A stretch of 63,663 nt of DNA from Candidatus Omnitrophota bacterium (GTDB lineage Bacteria > Omnitrophota > Gorgyraeia > Gygaellales > Profunditerraquicolaceae). Numbering within the stretch: the first letter of the stretch is position 1; every line of letters starts with the position of its first letter. The DNA is taken from positions 1 through 63,663 of the forward strand of contig JBFZAN010000031.1 in the NCBI GenBank assembly GCA_041309005.1. Reading direction: 5' to 3'. This document shows positions 49,510 through 58,822 of this stretch, piece by piece. Under the pieces are notes generated by a model. The model was not told the DNA's origin. It ran no database searches and worked only from the letters and a program-made list of their open reading frames with translations. Made by a program: the position numbers and the translations under genes.

Positions 49510-50034
49510 ATGAAGATACCGGTTGAATCGATCAAAGAACTGCGGGAGATGACCTCCGCGAGCGTCATGGACTGCAAAAAGGCGCTGCAGGAATCGGCAG
49601 GCGATAAAAAGAAGGCCGTGGAATTCTTGCGTAAAAGAGGTCTTGAAATAGCCGCCAATAAGCAGGGGAGGCTGGTAAAAGACGGCAGGATAGAAGCGTA
49701 TGTGCATATGGGCAATAAGATCGGGGTGCTCTTAGAGGTCGGTTGCGAAACCGATTTTGTGGCCCGAAACAGCGACTTCTGCCAGTTCACCAAAGACCTG
49801 GCTATGCAGATAGCGGCATGTAAACCACAGTATATCAAAAAAGAGGATGTTCCCCAGGAAGTGCTGGCTGATCAGAAAGATAAAGAGCTTTTTTTCAAGG
49901 AACAGTGCCTGCTCGCGCAGCCATTCGTGAAGGACCCCGGCCTCACCGTAGAAGATTATTTAGCGAGCATCGTAGCCAAAATCGGGGAAAATATCCTCAT
50001 CCGCAGGTTCACGCGTTATAAAGTCGGCGAATAA
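49510..50034 (+). CDS. tsf: Elongation factor Ts (short form)
   Basis: IKELRE...[46 protein letters not shown]. Confidence 0.95.
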   Translation: MKIPVESIKELREMTSASVMDCKKALQESAGDKKKAVEFLRKRGLEIAANKQGRLVKDGRIEAYVHMGNKIGVLLEVGCETDFVARNSDFCQFTKDLAMQIAACKPQYIKKEDVPQEVLADQKDKELFFKEQCLLAQPFVKDPGLTVEDYLASIVAKIGENILIRRFTRYKVGE

Positions 50035-50756
50035 TGTCTCATCCCATCTATAAAAGGATAGTCCTGAAGTTAAGCGGAGAAGCGCTGCAGGGTAAAAGGC
50101 TTCATGGAATAGACAATTCCGTCCTCGCTTCCATTGCCCGCCAGATAAAAGAAATAAGAGACCTAAAAGTTGACGTCGCCCTGATACTGGGCGGAGGTAA
50201 TATCTTCAGGGGCCAGGAGAACACCGCTTCTCTCGGCCTTGATATGGACCGTTCAGTAGCCGATTACATGGGTATGCTCGCAACTGTGATCAACGGTTTG
50301 GCTTTGCAAAACGTTCTGGAAAAAATCGGGGTTCCTACCCGTGTTATGACCGCGATAGAGATGCAGAGGGTTGCCGAACCTTACATCAGGCGAAGGGCGA
50401 TAAGGCATTTGGAAAAGGGAAGGGTTGTGATATTTGTTGCGGGAACGGGGAATCCTTATTTTACGACCGATACCGCCGCGGCGTTGAGAGCGATGGAGAT
50501 AAACGCCGATGTGATACTTAAAGCGACAAAAGTGGACGGCGTGTATTCTGCTGATCCGATGAAGGTTAAAGACGCGAAGAAGTTCTCGAGATTGAAATAC
50601 ATAGATGTATTAAAGAAAAGCCTTAAGGTCATGGATGCGACCGCAGTCAGCCTCTGCATGGACAATAAGTTACCGATCGTGGTGTTCAATCTCACCAGAG
50701 AAGGCAATATCAGGCGTGTTACTCTGGGGGAAAAGATCGGCACCATCGTGTGTTAA
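50034..50756 (+). CDS. pyrH: UMP kinase
   Basis: [43 protein letters not shown]. Confidence 0.98.
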   Translation: MSHPIYKRIVLKLSGEALQGKRLHGIDNSVLASIARQIKEIRDLKVDVALILGGGNIFRGQENTASLGLDMDRSVADYMGMLATVINGLALQNVLEKIGVPTRVMTAIEMQRVAEPYIRRRAIRHLEKGRVVIFVAGTGNPYFTTDTAAALRAMEINADVILKATKVDGVYSADPMKVKDAKKFSRLKYIDVLKKSLKVMDATAVSLCMDNKLPIVVFNLTREGNIRRVTLGEKIGTIVC

Positions 50757-50799
50757 ATTAAGGTAAGAGTTTCTAGGGATGAGATAAAAGGAGGTAGCA

Positions 50800-51360
50800 A
50801 TGACTACCAGGGAAGTATTGCACGCTACTGAAGATAAAATGAAGAAGGCCGTCGACTTTGTAAGCCGTGAATTTTCAGAAATAAGAACGGGCAGGGCAAG
50901 TCCCCATATCGTGGAAGGCCTGCATATAGATTATTATGGAACACCTACTTTAATTAAGCAGTTGGCTTCAATTTCCGTACCCGACCCGCATCTCATCGTG
51001 ATACAGCCCTGGGATATTACGGCGATCGCGGAGATCGAAAAGGCGATACTAAAATCAAACCTGGGAATAACGCCTAACAATGACGGTAAAGTGATAAGGC
51101 TTTCAGTGCCGGCGCTTTCTCAGGAAAGGCGCCAGGAGCTCGTGAAGGGTATCCACAAAATCTCCGAAGAAGGCAGGATTTCCCTCAGGACTATAAGGCG
51201 CGATGCGAAAGAGCTCTTAGAAAAATCAGAGAAAGACAAGGTAATTACCGAAGACGATAAATTCAAGGGTGTCGAAGAATTGCAGAAGCTTGTTGATAAA
51301 TATATCGCTAGGGTGGATGAAGTGCTTAAGGCGAAAGAAAAAGAAGTGCTAGAGCATTGA
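50800..51360 (+). CDS. frr: Ribosome recycling factor
   Basis: IRTGRASP, DYYGTPT, IEKAILKSNLGITPNNDG, LSQERRQEL, IRRDA. Confidence 0.98.
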   Translation: MTTREVLHATEDKMKKAVDFVSREFSEIRTGRASPHIVEGLHIDYYGTPTLIKQLASISVPDPHLIVIQPWDITAIAEIEKAILKSNLGITPNNDGKVIRLSVPALSQERRQELVKGIHKISEEGRISLRTIRRDAKELLEKSEKDKVITEDDKFKGVEELQKLVDKYIARVDEVLKAKEKEVLEH

Positions 51361-51376
51361 TTAAGAGGTTAAATTC

Positions 51377-51449
51377 GGGCCACTAGCTCATCTGGTAGAG
51401 CACCACCCTTTTAAGGTGGGTGTGCCGCGTTCGAGTCGCGGGTGGCTCA
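51377..51449 (+). tRNA. tRNA-Lys (anticodon TTT)
   Basis: Acceptor stem GGGCCAC/GTGGCTC, anticodon arm CCACC-CTTTTAA-GGTGG, T arm CCGCG-TTCGAGT-CGCGG; no encoded CCA. Confidence 0.95.
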
Positions 51450-51452
51450 TAG

Positions 51453-51549
51453 GATTTTCCCACCGTATGTGGGAAAAATCAACCCCGATGCATGCGTAGG
51501 AAATTTCAGGGGCGAAGCGACAGAAATTTACAAGCGTTTATGCAAGGGG
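51453..51549. other. Two hairpins in the tRNA-Lys/tRNA-Leu spacer
   Basis: TTTTCCCAC/GTGGGAAAA (51455-63/51469-77), then a long imperfect hairpin with CCCC/GGGG, TGCAT/ATGCA and AAATTTC/GAAATTT helices (51483-51549). Confidence 0.55.
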
Positions 51550-51589
51550 AAGGATTGATTCCGCACTGCCAGGAATAGAGTAAGATCAT

Positions 51590-51671
51590 GCGGACGTGGC
51601 GGAACTGGCATACGCGATAGCCTTAGGAGCTATTGGGGCAACCCTTAGGGGTTCAAATCCCTTCGTCCGCA
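51590..51671 (+). tRNA. tRNA-Leu (anticodon TAG)
   Basis: Acceptor stem GCGGACG/CGTCCGC, anticodon arm ATAGC-CTTAGGA-GCTAT, long variable arm GGGGCAACCC, T loop TTCAAAT; no encoded CCA. Confidence 0.95.
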
Positions 51672-51708
51672 TTATTGAAGCGCTCGAAGGCCGGGAAAGT
51701 AAAGATTT

Positions 51709-51781
51709 GCGGGAGTAGCTCAGTTGGTAGAGCATCACGTTGCCAACGTGAATGTCGCGGGTTCGATCCCCGTCTCCCGCT
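51709..51781 (+). tRNA. tRNA-Gly (anticodon GCC)
   Basis: Acceptor stem GCGGGAG/CTCCCGC, anticodon arm TCACG-TTGCCAA-CGTGA, T loop TTCGATC, U discriminator; no encoded CCA. Confidence 0.95.
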
Positions 51782-51842
51782 TTATAGTTCGTCGCCGGGT
51801 TTTGTACGTTTCAACACCAGGTTTGGAAAAAGGAGAAGATGC

Positions 51843-52310
51843 ATGAAGATCATAGATTTTCTGTCGAAGAAAGCGATATTGGCTGATATCAAGACGAGCA
51901 AGAAAGAAGATATAGTAAAAGAGCTCGTTGATGCGCTGGTCGGCGCGGGGGATATCGAAAAGAACAGCCGGAACAAAATAATAGATGCGCTTATGGAAAG
52001 AGAGTCGTTGGGCTCTACCGCGATAGGCCAGGGCATCGCCATACCCCACGCGAAGACCGACTGCGTCAGCAAGCTGGTGGGCGCTTTCGGGCTTTCCAAA
52101 AAAGGCGTGGATTTTGATTCTTTAGACGGAGAGCCGGTGTATATCTTTTTTTTACTGGCAGCTCCGCAGGATTCCGCGGGCCCTCATTTGAAAGCGTTGG
52201 CGCGCATTTCCCGTCTTTTTAAAGACAAATATTTTCGTGACAACCTGCGTGCGTGCGAAGATGATAAAGCTATCCTCAAAACCATAGCCCAGGAAGATGA
52301 AAAGCTCTAA
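51843..52310 (+). CDS. ptsN: PTS EIIA domain protein (Fru/Mtl/Ntr family)
   Basis: LMERESLGSTAIGQGIAIPHAK (phospho-His), VDFDSLDGEPV, HLKALARISR. Start reassigned to ATG 51843. Confidence 0.9.
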   Translation: MKIIDFLSKKAILADIKTSKKEDIVKELVDALVGAGDIEKNSRNKIIDALMERESLGSTAIGQGIAIPHAKTDCVSKLVGAFGLSKKGVDFDSLDGEPVYIFFLLAAPQDSAGPHLKALARISRLFKDKYFRDNLRACEDDKAILKTIAQEDEKL

Positions 52311-53559
52311 TATCGCGCAAGCCGTAACCAGGCTAAAGAGTGTCTTCAAATGGCTTTATCCCGGTATGGGGATAAAGAGATGGATAGGATTAAGCGCGTT
52401 CGGCATCATCCTGGTGATCATCGGTTCAAGCAGCCTTCGTAACGAGGAATACTGGATTATCCGTTCGCTGGACGTCGTAGTAACAGTTTCAGGCGTGGTC
52501 ATCGTGATACTGGGCATCAAGCGCCTGATGCGCTCATTTATCACTGCCTTCATACCGGCCTTTAAAGGCAAAGAGCTGGTCGATATTCTCTATCAAAAAA
52601 AACTGCTCAGCCAGGGGCCTAAGATCGTCACGGTGGGAGGAGGCACCGGCTTAGCGGTGCTTTTGTCAGGCCTTAAGGAGTACAGTTCCAACATTACCGC
52701 GATAGTGACCGTCGCCGATGACGGAGGTTCCTCCGGACGCCTGAGGCAGCAGTTCGATATGCTGCCGCCGGGTGATATCCGTAATTGCCTGGTCGCGCTC
52801 GCGGACGCTTCGACCATGATGCGGGACCTGTTCCAGTTCCGTTTTGATAAAGGCTCGGAGCTGGCGGGACATAATTTCGGCAATCTTTTTATTACCGCGA
52901 TGACAAGATTGACCGGGGATTTCGAGAAGGCGATCAAGGAGACCAGTAAGGTACTGGCGTTACGAGGCCAGGTGATACCTTCCACGTTAAGTAACGTGAT
53001 GCTGGTGGCGCATTATACGGACGGCTCTACCACCGAGGGCGAGGAGAAGATCCCTAAGGCAAGGATCCCAATAGAGAAAGTATTCTTAAGGCCAGGTCAG
53101 CCTGAAGCCACCCCTGAGGCGGTAAGGGCGATAGAGGAGGCGGACATCATTGTCTTGGGACCCGGTTCGCTGTACACAAGTATCATTCCCAATCTCCTTA
53201 TAAAAGGGATCACTAACAGTATCGTCGCCTCAAAAGCGATTAAGGTGTATGTCTGTAATGTGATGACCCAGCCGGGAGAGACGGACGGTTACGCCGCATC
53301 TGTGCACGTAAAGACGATTATCAAACATAGCCACGCGAAAGCCCTGGATTATTGTATAGTGAACACGGGGAAAATCCCAGTTGCGCTTTTGAAACGGTAT
53401 GAGCAGGAGAACGCCTTCCCCGTAGTCAATGACAGGAAGGCTATGGAGAATATGGGATACCGCGTTATCGAAGACGATATCGTCGCCACGGCCGACGTGA
53501 TACGACATGACCCGTTGAAATTAGCAAGGATCATTTTCGGTTTTATAGAAGAAATTTAA
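52297..53559 (+). CDS. YvcK/GlmR (UPF0052, CofD-like) protein with two N-terminal membrane segments
   Basis: IVTVGGGTGL, VTVADDGGSSGRLR, PPGDIRNCL, GHNFGNL, GPGSLYTSIIPNL, NVMTQPGET, RHDP.KLA. Confidence 0.92.
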   Translation: MKSSNIAQAVTRLKSVFKWLYPGMGIKRWIGLSAFGIILVIIGSSSLRNEEYWIIRSLDVVVTVSGVVIVILGIKRLMRSFITAFIPAFKGKELVDILYQKKLLSQGPKIVTVGGGTGLAVLLSGLKEYSSNITAIVTVADDGGSSGRLRQQFDMLPPGDIRNCLVALADASTMMRDLFQFRFDKGSELAGHNFGNLFITAMTRLTGDFEKAIKETSKVLALRGQVIPSTLSNVMLVAHYTDGSTTEGEEKIPKARIPIEKVFLRPGQPEATPEAVRAIEEADIIVLGPGSLYTSIIPNLLIKGITNSIVASKAIKVYVCNVMTQPGETDGYAASVHVKTIIKHSHAKALDYCIVNTGKIPVALLKRYEQENAFPVVNDRKAMENMGYRVIEDDIVATADVIRHDPLKLARIIFGFIEEI

Positions 53560-53562
53560 ACT

Positions 53563-53826
53563 ATGACGCTTATCAAGAAAACGCTGACAGTCAAGAATAA
53601 ACAAGGGTTGCACGCGCGCCCCGCGGCGGTTTTTGTGCAGGTCGCAAATAAATTCGATTCGAACATAACTATTGCGCGCGATAAAGAAAAAGTCAACGGA
53701 AAATCTATCATGGGTATCCTTATGTTGGGCGCAGAGCAGGGTTCTGCCATTGAGATCGAAGCTGAAGGGTCTGACGCGCAGCTTGCAATAGATGCGCTCG
53801 AGAAACTTATCAGCAGCGAGGAATAA
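53563..53826 (+). CDS. ptsH: Phosphocarrier protein HPr
   Basis: GLHARPAA (His15), VNGKSIMG (Ser46), AEGSDAQLA. Confidence 0.96.
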   Translation: MTLIKKTLTVKNKQGLHARPAAVFVQVANKFDSNITIARDKEKVNGKSIMGILMLGAEQGSAIEIEAEGSDAQLAIDALEKLISSEE

Positions 53827-53831
53827 ATCAC

Positions 53832-55562
53832 ATGATGCAATTTAAGGGAATACCGGCAGCCTCAGGGATCAGTATCGGGCCGGCATACAAGATCGGCAAA
53901 GAAGACTACGCGGTCGCGCGGCAGGAAATAAAGCCCGAAGAGGTGCCTTTGCAGATACAACTCTTTGAAGAAGCCCTTATCCAGACGAGAAAAGAGATCA
54001 TCGAACTGCAGAGGAAGATATCCCAGGAGATAGGCCAGCAGGAAGCCGATATATTTAACGCCCATCTTCTGGTATTGGAAGACCGCATGCTCATCGAAGA
54101 GGTGATCTCGCGCCTTAAGAAAGACCATCTGAATGTCGCGTATATATTTTCCGAAGTCTTAAAGAAATATATTGATGTGTTTTCAAGGATTGAGGACGAG
54201 TACCTAAAAGAGCGCACCTCCGATATCAATGATGTGGGTAAAAGGATCTTGCGTAACCTCCTTGGTAAAGAACAGAAGAGTCTAAGCGATCTGAAAGAGA
54301 AGATCATCGTAGTGGCGCATGACCTTTCCCCTTCGGATACGGCGGCGATGCATAAACAGATGGTAAGCGGTTTCGTGACCGATATAGGAGGCAAGACCTC
54401 TCATACCGCGATCATGGCTAAGTCACTTGAGATCCCGGCGGTAGTAGGCGCTGAGGAGGCGACCTCCAGGATCAAAAGCGGCGACATGCTAATTTTGGAC
54501 GGCAGCATGGGTATCGTAATCGTCGATCCCGACGAAGAAACCTTAAGCCGCTACAGGCAGGAAGACCTTAAGCTTAAAGGTATTGCCGAAAAGTTTTTGT
54601 CCGTGACCGACCTGCCCGCGGTCACCCTTGACGGCAGGACTATACAGATAAGCGGCAATATCGAATTCCCTGATGAAGTGCCTTCGGTAAGGCAGCACGG
54701 AGGCCAGGGCATCGGCCTCTACCGGACGGAATTCTTCTACATGAACAGGAAAGACCTTCCTTCGGAAGAAGAGCATTTCCAGGCCTACAAGTTTGTCGCG
54801 GAGCACATGGCCCCTTATTCGGTGATCATACGCACGCTCGATCTGGGAGGCGACAAGTTTCTTTCCCAGTTCGAAGTGCCAAAAGAAATGCGCCCCTTTT
54901 TAGGCTGGCGCGCCATCAGGTTCTGCCTCGCGAGGCCGGATATATTCAAATTACAATTACGGGCCATACTCAAGGCGTCTGTGTACGGGAAACTGAAGCT
55001 TATGTACCCGATGATCTCCGGTATAGAAGAATTAAAACAGGCCAAGAAAATACTCGATGACGCAAAGCAGGAATTAAAAACTGAAAATACGCCTTTTGAC
55101 GAAGCTATCGAAGTAGGGGCGATGATAGAGGTTCCTTCAGCGGCAATGACCGCCGACCTGCTGGCAACCGAAGCGGATTTCTTCAGCATAGGCACCAATG
55201 ACCTGATCCAGTATTCTTTGGCCGTCGACAGGACGAACGAGAAGATCGCGTACCTGTATGAGCCTATGCATCCGGCAGTCTTAAGGCTGGTCAAGAATAT
55301 CATCGATTCAGCGCACGCCGCCAATATCAAGGTAGGCATGTGCGGGGAAATGGCCAGCGAACCCGCGTCGGTACTTTTGCTCCTGGGGCTTGGCCTCGAT
55401 GAATTCAGTATGCCGCCTTTGGCCATCCCTGAAATAAAATACCTCGTGCGTTCGGTGACTTCAGGGCAGGTCCAGGATATCGCGCATACGGCCTTGACGC
55501 TGTCTACGGGAAAAGAAATAGAGGAATTCATTCAGTCAAAATTAAGGGAACTGTTGCATTAG
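53832..55562 (+). CDS. ptsI: PTS enzyme I
   Basis: IFNAHLLVLED, GGKTSHTAI (phospho-His), GIGLYRTEF, RTLDLGGDK, NPFLG-like RPFLGWRAIR, SIGTNDLIQY, CGEMA. Confidence 0.97.
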   Translation: MMQFKGIPAASGISIGPAYKIGKEDYAVARQEIKPEEVPLQIQLFEEALIQTRKEIIELQRKISQEIGQQEADIFNAHLLVLEDRMLIEEVISRLKKDHLNVAYIFSEVLKKYIDVFSRIEDEYLKERTSDINDVGKRILRNLLGKEQKSLSDLKEKIIVVAHDLSPSDTAAMHKQMVSGFVTDIGGKTSHTAIMAKSLEIPAVVGAEEATSRIKSGDMLILDGSMGIVIVDPDEETLSRYRQEDLKLKGIAEKFLSVTDLPAVTLDGRTIQISGNIEFPDEVPSVRQHGGQGIGLYRTEFFYMNRKDLPSEEEHFQAYKFVAEHMAPYSVIIRTLDLGGDKFLSQFEVPKEMRPFLGWRAIRFCLARPDIFKLQLRAILKASVYGKLKLMYPMISGIEELKQAKKILDDAKQELKTENTPFDEAIEVGAMIEVPSAAMTADLLATEADFFSIGTNDLIQYSLAVDRTNEKIAYLYEPMHPAVLRLVKNIIDSAHAANIKVGMCGEMASEPASVLLLLGLGLDEFSMPPLAIPEIKYLVRSVTSGQVQDIAHTALTLSTGKEIEEFIQSKLRELLH

Positions 55563-55572
55563 AGGGTGATGC

Positions 55573-56310
55573 ATGAAAGCATTGATATTGGCTGCCGGAT
55601 ATGCCACGCGGCTGTATCCTTTGACTAGAGATTTCCCGAAGCCGTTGCTTCCGGTCGACGGCAGGCCCATCATCGACTACGGCATAGAGAAGCTCTCGCG
55701 CGTAAAAAGCATAGACGAGATCTTCGTAGTGACCAACAGCAAATTCATCGGCCTTTTCAGAAAGTGGAAACAGTCCCTTGCCTGCGGAAAAAAAATAACC
55801 TTAGTCGATGATCTGACCAAGACCAAAGATGACAGGCGCGGGGCGATAGGGGATATGTATTTTGTGATCGCCTCAAAGCGCATAGGGGATGATTTTCTGG
55901 TCTTGGGAGGGGACAATATATTCGACTCGGGCCTGGATGCCTTCTTGTCGTTCGCCAGGGAGCATGCGCCGTATCCTGCGCTGGGCATATACGACGTGGG
56001 GAACAAGTTGCGTGCCCGCAATTACGGCGTGATCAAGCTCGACAGGGAAAAACGGATCGTCGATTTCAAGGAAAAGCCCCTCAATCCGGCTTCGACGCTG
56101 GCAGCGATGTGCCTCTATTACTTTCCGAAAGGGAAAATAGGGCTGGTTAAAAAATATATGGAAGAAAGAAAAGGCCAGTATGACGCGATAGGTCTCTACA
56201 TAGACTGGCTAAGGAAAAAAGAATCGGTCTACGGGTTTGTCTTCAGCGGCAAATGGTACGATATAGGTCAACACAAGGTATTTGAAGAGGCAAAAAAGAA
56301 GTTCAAATAA
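55573..56310 (+). CDS. Sugar-phosphate nucleotidyltransferase family protein
   Basis: ILAAGYATRLYPLT..PKPLLP, LGGDNI, FKEKP, WYDIG; substrate not assignable. Confidence 0.85.
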   Translation: MKALILAAGYATRLYPLTRDFPKPLLPVDGRPIIDYGIEKLSRVKSIDEIFVVTNSKFIGLFRKWKQSLACGKKITLVDDLTKTKDDRRGAIGDMYFVIASKRIGDDFLVLGGDNIFDSGLDAFLSFAREHAPYPALGIYDVGNKLRARNYGVIKLDREKRIVDFKEKPLNPASTLAAMCLYYFPKGKIGLVKKYMEERKGQYDAIGLYIDWLRKKESVYGFVFSGKWYDIGQHKVFEEAKKKFK

Positions 56311-56325
56311 AAAGGAGGCTGGTGT

Positions 56326-57489
56326 ATGCGTAGGCATTATTTTACGTCGGAATCAGTAGGAGAAGGCCATCCGGATAAACTCTGCGACCAGATATCCGAT
56401 GCGGTATTAGACGAAGTCTTGAAGCAGGACCCCTACGGCAGGGTCGCCTGCGAGACCTATGTGACCATGGGGCTGTTGATCGTGGGGGGCGAGATCACCA
56501 CGACCAGCTATGTCGATATACAAAGACTTGCCCGTAGCGTCATACGAGAGATTGGCTATACTCATCCCAAGTACGGCTTTGATTATCATACCTGCGCCAT
56601 CGTCAATACCATCAACAGCCAGTCCCCGGACATCGCCCAGGGCGTGAATGCCGGCGGCGCGGGTGATCAGGGCTTCATGGTGGGGTTTGCCTGCCGCGAA
56701 ACAGAAGAGCTGATGCCCTTACCTATAATACTGTCGCATAAACTGGTCCGCCGCATGGCGCAGGTAAGGAGAGAAGGTAAATTAAAATACCTCGGCCCGG
56801 ATTGCAAATCGCAGGTATCGGTGGAGTACCACGACGGCCACCCCAAGAGAGTGGATTCGGTGGTCATGGCCTGCCAGCATACGGACGATATCCTCGATTC
56901 TTCAAAGGCGAAGATCACCAAGAAAGCGCGCCAGGAAATGATCGATGTTATCGCCAAGCCTATATTAAAGGAATACATCGATAAAAACACAAAGTATTAC
57001 GTCAATGAAACCGGTAAATTCGTTATCGGCGGCCCCCAGTCTGATACCGGCATGACGGGCAGGAAGATCGTAGTGGATACCTACGGCGGAGCGGCTGCTC
57101 CGGGCGGCGGCGCCTTCTCGGGGAAAGACCCCACCAAGGTTGACCGTTCCGCAGCCTACATGGCGCGTTACGTAGCCAAGAATATCGTTGCCGCGGGCCT
57201 CGCCGACAAATGCCTCGTGCATCTGGCGTATGTCATCGGCCGCGCGGACCCGCTTGCGATAATGGTCGATACCTCCGGCACGGGCAAGCTCCAGGAAGCA
57301 GACTTCATTAAGCTCATCCGTCAGAATTTCGACCTCACCCCCCAGGGGATGATCTCCTCGCTTGAGCTCTTGCGGCCGATCTATAAGAAAACGGCCTGTT
57401 ACGGCCACTTCGGCAGGACCGAGCCGGAATTCACCTGGGAACTTACCGACAAGGCGGTAACCTTGAAAAAACAGGCAGCGAAATTGTAA
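56326..57489 (+). CDS. metK: S-adenosylmethionine synthetase
   Basis: [62 protein letters not shown]. Confidence 0.98.
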   Translation: MRRHYFTSESVGEGHPDKLCDQISDAVLDEVLKQDPYGRVACETYVTMGLLIVGGEITTTSYVDIQRLARSVIREIGYTHPKYGFDYHTCAIVNTINSQSPDIAQGVNAGGAGDQGFMVGFACRETEELMPLPIILSHKLVRRMAQVRREGKLKYLGPDCKSQVSVEYHDGHPKRVDSVVMACQHTDDILDSSKAKITKKARQEMIDVIAKPILKEYIDKNTKYYVNETGKFVIGGPQSDTGMTGRKIVVDTYGGAAAPGGGAFSGKDPTKVDRSAAYMARYVAKNIVAAGLADKCLVHLAYVIGRADPLAIMVDTSGTGKLQEADFIKLIRQNFDLTPQGMISSLELLRPIYKKTACYGHFGRTEPEFTWELTDKAVTLKKQAAKL

Positions 57490-57515
57490 TTTTGCCATAA
57501 TCGCAAGGAGTGTGT

Positions 57516-58772
57516 ATGAAATACGACGTTAAAGATATCGCGTTAGCTAAAAAGGGAGCGTTGCGGATCGAGTGGGCGGGCAATAACATGCCGGTGCTTC
57601 GGCTTATCCAGGAGCGTTTTAAAAAAGAAAAGCCGCTTTCGGGATTAAAGGTCGCCTGCTGCCTGCACGTGACCACTGAAACCGCCGTGCTTATGGAGGT
57701 ACTGAAATCAGGCGGCGCTACCGTCGCGCTATGCGCCTCCAACCCCCTCTCTACCCAGGATGATGTCGCCGCTTCTTTAGCGAGGCATCTTAAAATTGGC
57801 GTATTCTCAATAAAAGGCGAAGATACCAAGACGTATTACGCGCATATGGAGTCTGCGCTTTCGATCAAACCTGACATTACCATGGATGACGGCGCGGACC
57901 TTGTCAGTACCATACATAAACGCCCTGTCGTACGCCACGCCAACATCATCGGCGGCACAGAAGAGACGACCACGGGTGTCATACGGTTAAGGGCCCTGGC
58001 CAACGAGGGCAAATTACGCTATCCCATCATCGCAGTGAACGACGCCCAGACCAAACACCTCTTCGATAATCGCTACGGCACGGGGCAGTCTACCATAGAC
58101 GGGATAATCCGCGCCACGAATAAATTACTGGCGGGCTCAAGTATAGTGGTTTGCGGTTACGGCTGGTGCGGCAGGGGCGCTGCCATGCGCGCCAAAGGCA
58201 TGGGCGCGGATGTGATCGTGGTCGAAATATCGCCTTTAAAGGCGCTGGAAGCGGTGATGGACGGTTTCCGGGTGATGCCGATAAAAGAAGCTTCCAGGAT
58301 CGGCGACATATTTGTTACGGTAACCGGAGACATCAACGTGGTCCGTAAAGAGCATTTCTTATCCATGAAAGACGGCGCGATCGTCTGCAACTCAGGCCAC
58401 TTCAACGTGGAGATAGATATCCCCGGCCTCAAGCAGCTATCGAAGCATAGAAGAGCGATGCGGGATTTTGTCGAAGAATATACCTTGAAGAGCGGCCGCA
58501 GGATATACCTCCTGGGCGAAGGCCGCCTGATCAACCTCGCTGCGGCAGAGGGCCATCCGGCAAGCGTGATGGACATGTCTTTCGCGAACCAGGCGTTGAG
58601 CGCGGAATATATAGGTAAGCATTATAAAAAGCTTGAACACGCGGTCTATAAAGTCCCCGAAGACATCGACAGCAATATCGCCTACCTTAAATTAAGGTCC
58701 ATGGGGATCAAAATAGACACGCTGACCGCGGAGCAGAAGCGGTATCTCTCAAGTTGGGAGATGGGGACGTAG
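57516..58772 (+). CDS. ahcY: Adenosylhomocysteinase
   Basis: [77 protein letters not shown] 57516 follows AAGGAG. Confidence 0.98.
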   Translation: MKYDVKDIALAKKGALRIEWAGNNMPVLRLIQERFKKEKPLSGLKVACCLHVTTETAVLMEVLKSGGATVALCASNPLSTQDDVAASLARHLKIGVFSIKGEDTKTYYAHMESALSIKPDITMDDGADLVSTIHKRPVVRHANIIGGTEETTTGVIRLRALANEGKLRYPIIAVNDAQTKHLFDNRYGTGQSTIDGIIRATNKLLAGSSIVVCGYGWCGRGAAMRAKGMGADVIVVEISPLKALEAVMDGFRVMPIKEASRIGDIFVTVTGDINVVRKEHFLSMKDGAIVCNSGHFNVEIDIPGLKQLSKHRRAMRDFVEEYTLKSGRRIYLLGEGRLINLAAAEGHPASVMDMSFANQALSAEYIGKHYKKLEHAVYKVPEDIDSNIAYLKLRSMGIKIDTLTAEQKRYLSSWEMGT

Positions 58773-58822
58773 TTTCCGGTCCCGGGTATCGGGTCTTGTG
58801 CAGGTATACAAAGGGAGGCAGC

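Noticed and set aside
51453-51480. Rho-independent terminator after tRNA-Lys
   Set aside because: The stem is good but no U-tract follows it in either direction.
51377-51842. tRNA-targeted prophage or genomic island
   Set aside because: No integrase, no duplicated tRNA 3' end, and core genes on both sides.
51633-51842. N-terminal 70 codons of the EIIA ORF in the track
   Set aside because: They overlap tRNA-Leu and tRNA-Gly; the true start is ATG 51843 after a GGAG SD.
58777-58800. Imperfect 7-nt periodic repeat (CCGGTCC CGGGTAT CGGGTCT)
   Set aside because: Only three degenerate units, too short to distinguish from chance.
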